DNA of 32,000 bases from Candidatus Methanoperedens sp. GTDB taxonomy: Archaea; Halobacteriota; Methanosarcinia; Methanosarcinales; Methanoperedenaceae. The DNA is taken from contig JAPZAR010000027.1 of assembly GCA_027460535.1 (NCBI GenBank), forward strand, positions 30,001 to 62,000. The letters run 5' to 3'. The notes under the pieces were generated by a model. It was not told the DNA's origin. It saw only the letters and a list, made by a program, of their open reading frames with translations, and did not search any database. Positions 24,452-32,000 of this stretch are shown piece after piece (positions within the stretch are counted from its first letter, which is position 1; every line of letters starts with the position of its first letter). Position numbers and translations under genes: made by a program.

Positions 24452-24975
24452 CATATCATTGCAGTAATCTCATCATTTAGATCGATGATGCGGCGAATTA
24501 TTTTTTCATCAACCTGTTTTTTTTGAAGGTTCAGGACAAGCTCATCAATGGTACCCACCTTTTCACCAAAAACAAGATTATCCGCATGTGCGACTATCTT
24601 TTCTTCCATTGTTACAGGGAAGTAATCCTTCTCCGGGAGACCGAGGGCAACCGCTTCTTCCCGGGAAATTCCAGCCCCTATGTGCCGCTCTATAATATTT
24701 ACAACTTTATCGCTTAATCCGTTTTCAAGAGCTATTATAGAACCAGCGACTGCGTGCCCAATGCCATGTGTTTTTGCCCTGCCTATGTCATGAAGCAAAC
24801 CACCCAGATAAATAGCATCGATATCAATATTAACTGAAGTCCCTTTTTTTTTTGCACACTTCTCAATATCGAACGCAATTCTCCTCGCATATGCGGCAAC
24901 GGTCCTGCAATGCCCAATGACACTGGAAGAACAACCGGAACTAATGAGCAGACCTATAGCATCCTTCTCATTCAA
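24448..24975 (-). CDS. HD/HDIG-domain metal-dependent phosphohydrolase
   Basis: Contains H...GGLLHDIGR (the HD motif), ERHIGAGI and AHADNL. The start overlaps the tfe stop by 4 nt. Confidence 0.75.
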   Translation of the reverse strand: MNEKDAIGLLISSGCSSSVIGHCRTVAAYARRIAFDIEKCAKKKGTSVNIDIDAIYLGGLLHDIGRAKTHGIGHAVAGSIIALENGLSDKVVNIIERHIGAGISREEAVALGLPEKDYFPVTMEEKIVAHADNLVFGEKVGTIDELVLNLQKKQVDEKIIRRIIDLNDEITAMIC

Positions 24976-25496
24976 GCGGTAGCACCTGAAGTCATTTCTT
25001 CAAGCTCTGTAATCCTCTTTTTGAGAGATTTTATTATGGCTTCATTTTCCTGATACTCAAGTTCCTCACCGTCAACCGGACAGATAAAACTAAGCTCAGC
25101 CGCCGTCTCAAATAGAAAACGTTCGCAATTGTTTTTGCAGGTATAAAACACCTTATCTTCCTCAAATTCAAGTTTTGTCTTGAGATTTTTCAAAAGTCTC
25201 TTCGATTCGAGCTCAAGCTGGCCGTCCAGATTGCTAAGGTCAAGCTTCCATAAATAAGTAAGCCAGCCGCTGTCAGTATCCCTTACTCTTCGATAAACTG
25301 CGAGACGATTCTCATATAATATGAAAAGCGTTCTCCTCACAATATTCAGCAAAACCCCTGTCGCCTCTGCGATCTTTTCATCAGTGACCTCGCCTTCAGG
25401 CATATTTTCTACGACTTTGAACCCCTCCTCACCAACAAGCCTTGCGAGATAACCTTTAATAACAGGATCACTTAAATCTGCCAAAAATATCACCAT
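24972..25496 (-). CDS. tfe: Transcription factor E (TFE, TFIIE-alpha homologue)
   Basis: An N-terminal extended winged helix (VIKGYLARLVGEEGFKVVENM...DEKIAEATGVLLNIVRRTLFILYENRLAVYRR..DSGWLTYLW) is followed by a zinc-ribbon-like CKNNC...CPVDG. Confidence 0.85.
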   Translation of the reverse strand: MVIFLADLSDPVIKGYLARLVGEEGFKVVENMPEGEVTDEKIAEATGVLLNIVRRTLFILYENRLAVYRRVRDTDSGWLTYLWKLDLSNLDGQLELESKRLLKNLKTKLEFEEDKVFYTCKNNCERFLFETAAELSFICPVDGEELEYQENEAIIKSLKKRITELEEMTSGATA

Positions 25497-25520
25497 ACTT
25501 TATTTGTTTTTATAAGTTCT

Positions 25521-26624
25521 TTAAGCTTCCGTTATTTCCTTGATCTTGCGTGAGGATGTTCCAATTTTTTCGAGGACTATTTCCCGCGTCTTACCAGTTT
25601 CAAGAACTGTAACCACCGGTTCATCAGGTCTTACTATCCAGCCTGCCTGTGGAATGTCGGAAGCTCTACCTTTTTCCATGCATCTGGCAAGAGTACCTGA
25701 GATTTTTTCATTTATTACGATGTTCCTATTCGCATAAACTATGGCTTTCGCGGCAAAGCATACCGGCTTCCCACGTTCCGGAAGTTCGCCGCTAAAAGAT
25801 TTGACATGGGCGTCAAAAATATTGATCCCCATGGAAAGCTCGACCGTGTCAATACTACCCTGAAAACGGGGATTTACCTCTAGGACAGATACCCCTTTTT
25901 CAGTCAGCATGAAATCCACACCATTGGAGCCCAGGAGCCTGAATTCCAGGGCGATCCTGGTGGCATATTGTATCATCTCGTTATTGAATTTTGAATTGAA
26001 TGGCGTGATGTTGCCGCAGTATGCAAATGGCAACCTGGTAAGCCAGGGAATCCCGATAAGCTGTTCATTTAAAGCAACTATGACTGCTTCATCGCCATTG
26101 CCGATCAAAGATGCGCTGCATGGAATTCCTTCCACGAATTCCTGTGCTATGAACTCCTCTGTGTTGCTCCTTTCCATGAACGATGACAGATCGTCTTCAT
26201 CCCTGAGAACTGAATTCTGTATCCCGCCTGAGCCGAACCTTGGTTTGATCATCAAGGGGAATCCAAGCTCTGATGCCTTGTTCAATGACCTGGTTTCGGG
26301 GTGAGGTATATCCATTTTGCTAAAATTCTCTGCAATCTTAAGTTTGTCATTGACTTCCTCCAAAACCTGGAGCCTGTTATTCAGGACATTTTTAAATCTC
26401 AGTTTCTCAAAACCAGGCATCAGTACCACGGAATCGACCTCGCCAAAAGCTGAAGCAAGTTCATACAATCTTCTTTCAGGCATGCCTTCAAAAAATCCAT
26501 ACTTGTCGGCACATTTACGCATATCCACATCGCCAAAGCGGTCAAGGGCATAGACCGTATATCCTGCCTTTTTCGCAGAGCAGACAACACCGCGGGTACT
26601 GTTGCCGATCACCAGGATTCTCAT
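25521..26624 (-). CDS. ATP-grasp domain protein (COG2232-like predicted carboligase)
   Basis: MRILVIGNSTRG N-terminus, PLMIKPRFGSGG, EFIAQEFVEG, and LLGSNGVDFML...VLEVNPRFQGS form an ATP-grasp core. Substrate unknown. Confidence 0.65.
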   Translation of the reverse strand: MRILVIGNSTRGVVCSAKKAGYTVYALDRFGDVDMRKCADKYGFFEGMPERRLYELASAFGEVDSVVLMPGFEKLRFKNVLNNRLQVLEEVNDKLKIAENFSKMDIPHPETRSLNKASELGFPLMIKPRFGSGGIQNSVLRDEDDLSSFMERSNTEEFIAQEFVEGIPCSASLIGNGDEAVIVALNEQLIGIPWLTRLPFAYCGNITPFNSKFNNEMIQYATRIALEFRLLGSNGVDFMLTEKGVSVLEVNPRFQGSIDTVELSMGINIFDAHVKSFSGELPERGKPVCFAAKAIVYANRNIVINEKISGTLARCMEKGRASDIPQAGWIVRPDEPVVTVLETGKTREIVLEKIGTSSRKIKEITEA

Positions 26625-27148
26625 TTGTTCCTTACCTCTTTTCCCCGTCTTTTCGGAACGATCTCAATCTCTCCACCTTCAAATTCAGATTTCAGGGGGT
26701 CTTTGCCTGCCGCAGCCGCAAGTCGATCGAGGACCACCGCAAGGGCTGCAACTTCTGAATGGGGCTGGTTCCCGAGAGCAATATTCCAGTCTGCCATATC
26801 GTATATCTCAGGAGGCACTTTTTCCGCTCCAACCACTATTAAAAGATCGTGAGTTACTATTTCATCAATCGCATCCGGAAGATTGACCCCGTACATTGTT
26901 AGGTGCATCACTTTGCCTCCTTCCTCTTTCCATTTCTTGATCTCGCTTTTCCAGTTCGAAATCCTCTTAACATAGAAGGAGCCACCCCATCTCTCTGTTA
27001 CCTCACTTACGCTTTTCTCGATCCCCGCGTCGTCAGAATCTAGAAGCATACCTTCTGCCCCCAGCGCACGCGCCGTAAGGGCCACATGGGTAGTAATCCG
27101 CTGGTCTCTCTGAACACGGTGGCCGAGTCTTAGAATTATTGTTCGCAT
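26621..27148 (-). CDS. trm56: tRNA (cytidine56-2'-O)-methyltransferase aTrm56 (SPOUT)
   Basis: ILRLGHRVQRDQRITTHVALTARALGA... with ...VGAEKVP...ADWNIALGNQPHSEVAALAV is the characteristic aTrm56 sequence. Confidence 0.85.
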   Translation of the reverse strand: MRTIILRLGHRVQRDQRITTHVALTARALGAEGMLLDSDDAGIEKSVSEVTERWGGSFYVKRISNWKSEIKKWKEEGGKVMHLTMYGVNLPDAIDEIVTHDLLIVVGAEKVPPEIYDMADWNIALGNQPHSEVAALAVVLDRLAAAAGKDPLKSEFEGGEIEIVPKRRGKEVRNK

Positions 27149-27150
27149 AG

Positions 27151-28389
27151 TTATATGTAAATCGTTTCACCATTGGCAGGTGCAAATGACTGTACGCCTA
27201 TCTCTTCTTTTATCCAATCAGCAAAGCCGGAAGTATTATCGCCATGGACCGTAAAAACTGTTTCCGTTCCGTTATCGCAGAATTTTTTTGCCAGGTCTTT
27301 TAACTGAGTATCTCCGCAGTGCGCCGAGAAATCGTACATTTCAAGCCGGCAATTAAGGTGGATGATATCACTCCTGTCAACTATATATCCTCTTTCCAGC
27401 GCCGTTCTCCCGTTTGTTCCTTCTGCCTGATAACCTGTGAGGTGGATCTTTGATTTATGGTCTCTGTAAATCTCGTTGATATAATAAAGCACAGGACCGC
27501 CGTTTAACATCCCTGCGCTCGTCACTATTATCGAGGGTTCCCTTATGATATCTTTCCGCTCTTCCGGCTCCACAATGCTTGAGCTCGTGAACATCTTTTC
27601 AAGCTTGCTAATATCCCTCACATATTCAGGCGATCCTTTCATAATGTTGAATACATCCACACCCATGCCGTCAACATACGCATGGAGCCCGTGTTTTTTC
27701 AGGATAAGCAGTATCTCCTGCGTCCTTCCTATGCTGAAAGCCGGAATTATAGCTTTTCCGCCATTGTCAACCGTTTCTTTTACTGATTCGATAAAACGCT
27801 CTTCAAGAGTCTTTCGAGGCGTGTGGTCTCTGCCAAAATATGTGCTTTCTATCAAAAGTATATCGCTATCGGGAAGCTCAGAGTCCGCTCCTTCCTGGAG
27901 TTCTGTCTGGATAGTATTTATGTCGCCTGTATAAACCAGGCTTTGTTTGCCTTTTTCAAGATAAACCAATGCAGAGCCTGGAATATGTCCCGCGTCGTAA
28001 AGACATGCAGTATAACCGCAGGTCTGGAATTCCTTTCCATAAGCTACAGGCCTTGCGCTTCTCTCAAACTCCTTGATTTCTTCGTTATAATACGGTATGT
28101 GGTGCCCTTTATTTTTCGCTATTTTAAGAGTGTCCCTTGCCAGGAGCCCGCTCAGCCTGGCTGTCAGGTTCGTGCAGTATATTTCTGGCTTTAGGTCCAT
28201 TAGATTGGGCGCAAGCCCGCAGTGATCGAGGTGCCCGTGAGATATTATGAGGGCTTTCGGACGAAGCCCGTTCTTTGGGAACGTGGGAGGGTCAGTGGGT
28301 TTAATCCCATAATCAAGAAGAAGCTCCTCATCCACAAGTATTGCAGACCGTCCCACTTCTCTTGCTCCGCCTAAAAATCGTATATTAAT
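27151..28389 (-). CDS. Metallo-beta-lactamase / beta-CASP ribonuclease (aCPSF2-like)
   Basis: Contains the HGHLDHCG (HxHxDH) motif, the beta-CASP region and C-terminal VHGD. The track starts at the GTG at 28356, but the frame stays open upstream to a TGA at 28399-28401. That extension encodes INIRFLGGARE, the conserved MBL N-terminal strand. A GAGG motif lies 7 nt before an ATT codon at 28389..28387, so I extend the CDS to that ATT (see finding). Confidence 0.8.
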   Translation of the reverse strand: MNIRFLGGAREVGRSAILVDEELLLDYGIKPTDPPTFPKNGLRPKALIISHGHLDHCGLAPNLMDLKPEIYCTNLTARLSGLLARDTLKIAKNKGHHIPYYNEEIKEFERSARPVAYGKEFQTCGYTACLYDAGHIPGSALVYLEKGKQSLVYTGDINTIQTELQEGADSELPDSDILLIESTYFGRDHTPRKTLEERFIESVKETVDNGGKAIIPAFSIGRTQEILLILKKHGLHAYVDGMGVDVFNIMKGSPEYVRDISKLEKMFTSSSIVEPEERKDIIREPSIIVTSAGMLNGGPVLYYINEIYRDHKSKIHLTGYQAEGTNGRTALERGYIVDRSDIIHLNCRLEMYDFSAHCGDTQLKDLAKKFCDNGTETVFTVHGDNTSGFADWIKEEIGVQSFAPANGETIYI

Positions 28390-28542
28390 GTTATCGCCTC
28401 AGCTTATTTGCATAATATAAAACAACGAACTTGGAACGAACTCACAAAGAACTCGACCTAAGGCCGTATGGGTTAGTATTAGCTCGTTGTTTTTTTTCCA
28501 ATAATTGTTACATGCAATATAAAAACATATTATTGATTTTTT

Positions 28543-28577
28543 TCAGAATATTCTGATTTATCAGAAAAGTTTAAATA
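28543..28577 (+). promoter_or_regulatory. Candidate operator (14-bp perfect palindrome plus a third half-site) directly upstream of a TATA-like box for the AbrB-type gene
   Basis: TCAGAATATTCTGA at 28543-28556 is a perfect palindrome. It overlaps CTGATTTATCAG at 28553-28564. This gives three TCAGA/TCTGA half-sites at 9-nt spacing. TTTAAATA lies at 28570-28577, about 30 nt before the ATG at 28607. Confidence 0.35.
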
Positions 28578-28606
28578 TCCTGAAATCCAATCATTGATCG
28601 ACAAAT

Positions 28607-28876
28607 ATGGCCAAGAAAACCGAAAAAGGCTCCTGCTGCGAAGGGGCAGTAATGGGCTGCTGTAAAGTAGAAGCGCTTGTAAGCATAGATGACCGGGGAC
28701 AGATGGTGCTTCCCAAGGAGATAAGGGATAAGGCAAATATCCATGCGGGAGACAAGCTGGCGCTTGTAAGCTGGGAAAAGGATGGAAAAGTTTGTTGTAT
28801 TTCCTTGATCAAATCAGAGGGGCTTGCTGAAATGGTAAAAAATATGCTTGGGCCGCTAATGAAAGAAATTCTATAA
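28607..28876 (+). CDS. AbrB/SpoVT-family DNA-binding protein with three vicinal cysteine pairs
   Basis: 89 aa. The SpoVT-AbrB swapped-hairpin core is VSIDDRGQMVLPKEIRDKANIHAGDKLALVS. CC pairs occur in GSCCEG, GCCKVE and KVCCIS. It lies 15 nt upstream of arsM. Confidence 0.75.
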   Translation: MAKKTEKGSCCEGAVMGCCKVEALVSIDDRGQMVLPKEIRDKANIHAGDKLALVSWEKDGKVCCISLIKSEGLAEMVKNMLGPLMKEIL

Positions 28877-28891
28877 AAAGAGGGAATCAAA

Positions 28892-29725
28892 ATGAAAGAA
28901 GAAGAAATAAAGAAAGTAGTAAGGGAAGGATATGCCAAAATAGCCAGGAAAGAAAGCTCATGCTGCACTCCTGTAACTGCCTGTTGCGGAAGTAAGAACG
29001 AAGAAATTGCAGTGGGTATAAGCAAGAGGATAGGATATGCGGATGAAGAACTCGGTTCAGTTCCTGAAGGTGCAAACTTGGGTCTTGGATGCGGGAATCC
29101 TGTGGCTCTTGCATCGCTGAAAAAAGGTGAAACGGTGCTTGATCTTGGTTCTGGCGCTGGTTTTGACTGCTTCCTCGCTGCCCAAAAGGTGGGAGTCGGG
29201 GGAAAAGTCATTGGTGTGGATATGACCCCCGAGATGATCCAGAAAGCCAGGGAAAATGCGAGGAAAGGCAATTATTCGAATGTAGAATTCAGGCTCGGGG
29301 AAATCGAAAACCTGCCTGCTCAAGATGATTCGGTCGATGTCATCATCTCAAATTGCGTGATCAATCTCGCACCTGACAAGGAAAGGGTTTTCAAAGAAGC
29401 TATCAGGGTCTTGAGGTCTGGAGGAAGATTGATGGTCTCGGATCTTGTTCTGTTAAAAGAGCTGCCTGATGGACTGAAAAATTCCATTGAGGCTTATATC
29501 GGCTGCCTTTCAGGAGCAATAATGAAAGCCGAATACCTCCAGGCGATAAAGAATGCAGGATTCCGGGATGTCAGAGTGATCGACGAAACGCATTATCCTA
29601 TCGAACTAATGGCCAACGATCCTACGGCAAATGCTATTATTGAAAATTTTGACATTTCGCAGGAAGAGATACACGAGGTTGCCGGGTCTGTTGTCAGTAT
29701 TAAGGTCCAGGGGATGAAAAAATAA
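28892..29725 (+). CDS. arsM: Arsenite S-adenosylmethionine methyltransferase
   Basis: REGYAKIA...[12 protein letters not shown]-terminal Cys region, [16 protein letters not shown] motif, [15 protein letters not shown] and YIGCLSGAI. The last two carry the conserved As(III)-binding cysteines of ArsM. Confidence 0.9.
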   Translation: MKEEEIKKVVREGYAKIARKESSCCTPVTACCGSKNEEIAVGISKRIGYADEELGSVPEGANLGLGCGNPVALASLKKGETVLDLGSGAGFDCFLAAQKVGVGGKVIGVDMTPEMIQKARENARKGNYSNVEFRLGEIENLPAQDDSVDVIISNCVINLAPDKERVFKEAIRVLRSGGRLMVSDLVLLKELPDGLKNSIEAYIGCLSGAIMKAEYLQAIKNAGFRDVRVIDETHYPIELMANDPTANAIIENFDISQEEIHEVAGSVVSIKVQGMKK

Positions 29726-29760
29726 TCCCTCTTTCTGCACATTTCAGCTAATCCCAGCCA

Positions 29761-30432
29761 TCAATCGATTTTCATCCCCGATAAAAAATTAAAAGTATTA
29801 GCAGCGAAGAAACTGCCTTTTTCTTCTCCTGATGACATATCTCTCTTCAGGCGGCTGAGGTCATCCATAGTATCCACGTCATACCATTTTTCGATCTGCG
29901 ATATCAAGAGGCCCATGGCACGCGCTTTCTTCACTGTATGCGAAGTCACCTCTGATGTACTCCAGGGGATTCCCTTGAAAAGTTCAGGTATGCTCCTTTT
30001 CATGCCTGCCAGGAAGTACCCTCCATCCTCGCAAGGCCCAATGACAATATCAACTTCATCCAATCGTCGCAGCGCCTCCCGTATATAATCCGGGGGCAGG
30101 TTTGGAGTATCGCTATCCAGCATCACAACCTTCTCAAAGCCTCGATCAAACAGGATATTCGATATGTTTGCAAGTCTTTCACCAAGATCAGCACCCACCT
30201 GGCTGATGAGAGTAAACGCAGGAGGTATGATGCTTCGAAAAAATTTCTCTTCGGCGACAGGTGTATAGGCCAAAAAGGGTTGCGCTTCCTTTATAGTTTT
30301 AACCTGCTCAATCTTATCCAGCAGGAAATTATGATAGAGGCGAGCTGCTGCTTCCGGTTTCAGCGGAGGGGTCAGCCTGGTCTTGACTTCATTCGGTAAA
30401 GGTGCCTTGGCCATAATTACAATCGCGTCCAT
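29761..30432 (-). CDS. DUF2064-family transferase (TIGR04282-like; a family annotated as arsenosugar-biosynthesis / rSAM-selenodomain-associated glycosyltransferase)
   Basis: AIVIMAKAPLPNEVKTRLTPPL..EAAARLYHNFLLD N-terminus, VVMLDSDTPNLP and C-terminal WYDVDTMDDL match my memory of the DUF2064 signature. Subfamily membership was not verified. Confidence 0.7.
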   Translation of the reverse strand: MDAIVIMAKAPLPNEVKTRLTPPLKPEAAARLYHNFLLDKIEQVKTIKEAQPFLAYTPVAEEKFFRSIIPPAFTLISQVGADLGERLANISNILFDRGFEKVVMLDSDTPNLPPDYIREALRRLDEVDIVIGPCEDGGYFLAGMKRSIPELFKGIPWSTSEVTSHTVKKARAMGLLISQIEKWYDVDTMDDLSRLKRDMSSGEEKGSFFAANTFNFLSGMKID

Positions 30433-30436
30433 AGGT

Positions 30437-31246
30437 TTACGCCTTTTTACCTATCAGCCTGCCCCATCCCACTTTTCCCTCGTCTGCAGCCCTGACCCAT
30501 TCATGAAGACCCTGATCAGCCACCTGGAATATCTTTTCTCCATACTGCTCAATTATCAAATTTTTCAATTCGTTGCGAAGCTTATTCTGGTATATGTGAC
30601 AATGACAGACAAAATCTTTGCTTATGTCCTCTATTTCTACAATCGCAAAACCCTCTTCCATCAATAATTGTTCATATCCCTCCAGCGTTTCCATGTATGG
30701 GAATGCCATGAAATTATTGAGGTTCTCCCACTCCATATCAGTCATATTTCCTGTCTGTATCCAATCCGTAAAAGCGATAGTTCCTCCCGGTTTCAGAACC
30801 CTGTGGGCCTCGCTTATCAGCTTTTTCTTATCTGTAATATAGCACCAGGCATCCTGCCCCCAAACCACATCGAAAGTGCCTGCATGAAAAGGCATGTCCA
30901 GGGCATTCCCCGGCCTGAAAGTGACAAGATGGGAGAGACCTTCACTTTTCGTTCGCTCGGTAGCTTCGTTCACCATCTTTATTGTGGCGTCAAGCCCCTT
31001 CACCCTGCATCCATACTTCCGTGCCAGGTGCCTCGCTGGCCCGCCCAGGGCGCTGCACACGTCCAGTACCATCATGTTCCTGGTTATCCTCGCTTTCTCG
31101 GCCAGAATCTCTGTCTCACGCTCGCCCCCCACGTGAATTTCTTCCCCCATCAGCGCCTCCCATAATACACCCACCGGGCCTTCATATATTCCATTAACGT
31201 CTGCTATGGTGAAATCCAGTCTTTTTCCTTTTACAATTTTATCCAT
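30437..31246 (-). CDS. Class I SAM-dependent methyltransferase, glycine/sarcosine/dimethylglycine- or phosphoethanolamine-N-methyltransferase-like
   Basis: VLDVCSALGGPARHLARKYGCRV SAM motif I, FDVVWGQDAWCYI (compare FDVVWSQD..LH in betaine-pathway N-methyltransferases) and LKPGGTIAFTDW. The N-terminal WEALMGEEIHVGG resembles the WG.e.iH.G motif of that group. Confidence 0.7.
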   Translation of the reverse strand: MDKIVKGKRLDFTIADVNGIYEGPVGVLWEALMGEEIHVGGERETEILAEKARITRNMMVLDVCSALGGPARHLARKYGCRVKGLDATIKMVNEATERTKSEGLSHLVTFRPGNALDMPFHAGTFDVVWGQDAWCYITDKKKLISEAHRVLKPGGTIAFTDWIQTGNMTDMEWENLNNFMAFPYMETLEGYEQLLMEEGFAIVEIEDISKDFVCHCHIYQNKLRNELKNLIIEQYGEKIFQVADQGLHEWVRAADEGKVGWGRLIGKKA

Positions 31247-32000
31247 TTTTCATTTTTCCGGCATTTGAATAATTATCAGGGTTCATCCAGCATTTTGGAT
31301 CAGGTGCGAGCATGTCCCCTGTTTCATAATATGCCTGCGCCCTGCATCCCCAGCACACCGAATTATTTTCACATGTCCCGCAGTATCCCTGCATATTGCC
31401 CGGATTCCGGATGTGAGTTAGAAGGAGATTATCTCTCTGCTGCTCAATTATATTTTCCAGAGAAGTCTCATGGATATTCCCAAACCCTTTCCTTATGACA
31501 GAACATGGTGTAACGTCCCCGTCAATGGTAACACATACAATCCCGCCGCAATAGAACTTATTGGCATCCATGGTGCTCATTGAAAGACTTGAATTAGAGT
31601 AGTTGACCTCATCCCTGAACTCGCATGCTTCCCTGATATTCCGGATGCTGGGGCTCCATTCGGGATGTTCCAGGGCAAGACCTGCCATGCACATCTGGGT
31701 CAGGCAGGTTCTCATACCTTTTTCTTCGAAGAAGAATCTGGTCGTCCTCCTGACATCCTCTCCGGCAACAAGGTTCGTGAATGTGATGCAGTTGATCATA
31801 TTCTCGGGTCTCTTGCCAAGGGATTGGATATTATCAATGCCCTGTAATATCGCTTTTATCTTCTTTTCCGGATCCCCTGTGTGGAGCCTGCCATATATTC
31901 CTTCATCAAGACTATCAAGATGCACTGATATGAACCCCCCTTCTGACATCTCGACTGCTTTTCTTGCCACATCTCTATTCTCCAGTGGAATTCCGCTTGT
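31239..32000 (-). CDS. Radical SAM enzyme with a C-terminal SPASM domain; C-terminal part only, gene continues past the right edge
   Basis: SPASM/twitch cysteines are present: FYCGGIVCVTIDGDVTPCSV and YCGTCENNSVCWGCRAQAYYETGD...DPKC (CxxCx5CxxC). The track starts at the GTG at 31970, but my translation of 31971-32000 (TSGIPLENRD) has no stop. The radical-SAM core and CxxxCxxC motif must therefore lie beyond the window. The stop overlaps the downstream methyltransferase start by 8 nt. Confidence 0.8.
   Translation of the reverse strand, partial: TSGIPLENRDVARKAVEMSEGGFISVHLDSLDEGIYGRLHTGDPEKKIKAILQGIDNIQSLGKRPENMINCITFTNLVAGEDVRRTTRFFFEEKGMRTCLTQMCMAGLALEHPEWSPSIRNIREACEFRDEVNYSNSSLSMSTMDANKFYCGGIVCVTIDGDVTPCSVIRKGFGNIHETSLENIIEQQRDNLLLTHIRNPGNMQGYCGTCENNSVCWGCRAQAYYETGDMLAPDPKCWMNPDNYSNAGKMKNG

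Noticed and set aside
1-32000. The window as part of a Borg-like or other extrachromosomal element, prompted by the perfect tandem repeats
   Set aside because: The gene content is dominated by single-copy housekeeping functions (S8e, TFE, NAC, ProC, Trm5, Trm56, ThrC). The genes are on mixed strands in short operons. That points to a host chromosome rather than a mobile element. No integrase, transposase or terminal repeats were seen.

Overview
This window looks like a chromosomal segment of a methanogen or ANME-type euryarchaeon, probably Methanosarcinales-like; I cannot place it more precisely without a database search. The archaeal call rests on TFE, archaeal NAC, ribosomal protein S8e, Trm56, Trm5, an aCPSF2-like beta-CASP RNase, an MtxX-like protein and a TiaS-domain protein. 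I support about 35 protein-coding genes in short operons on both strands. Two of them run off the window edges and are absent from the ORF track. I found no rRNA, tRNA, CRISPR array, transposase or integrase by eye; no covariance-model scan was possible.

Most genes are housekeeping: split lipoate ligase LplB/LplA, a geranylgeranyl-reductase-family flavoprotein, an Fcy1-type cytosine deaminase, a homocitrate-synthase-family enzyme, ProC, IscA and others.

Five regions deserve a second look:
1. 28.5-32.0 kb: a cysteine-pair-rich AbrB-type regulator plus ArsM, convergent with an operon of a SPASM radical-SAM enzyme, a betaine-type N-methyltransferase-like enzyme and a DUF2064/TIGR04282-like transferase. 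This is a candidate non-canonical organoarsenical biosynthesis locus.
2. 15.5-19.8 kb: a monocistronic 1410-aa secreted multicopper oxidase with two C-terminal FN3 domains, flanked by long non-coding spacers. Its upstream spacer holds a perfect 13-bp tandem repeat array.
3. 13.6-15.2 kb: a ThrC-family enzyme directly followed by a MoaD/ThiS-like protein ending in GG.
4. 7.7-10.1 kb: a TiaS-kinase-domain-like protein translationally coupled to a short IorA-like TPP enzyme.
5. Two paralogous secreted Lon-domain (S16) proteases. One sits in an operon with a glycosyltransferase and a PAP2 phosphatase.

All functional calls come from motif recognition in the translations. None was verified by a search.
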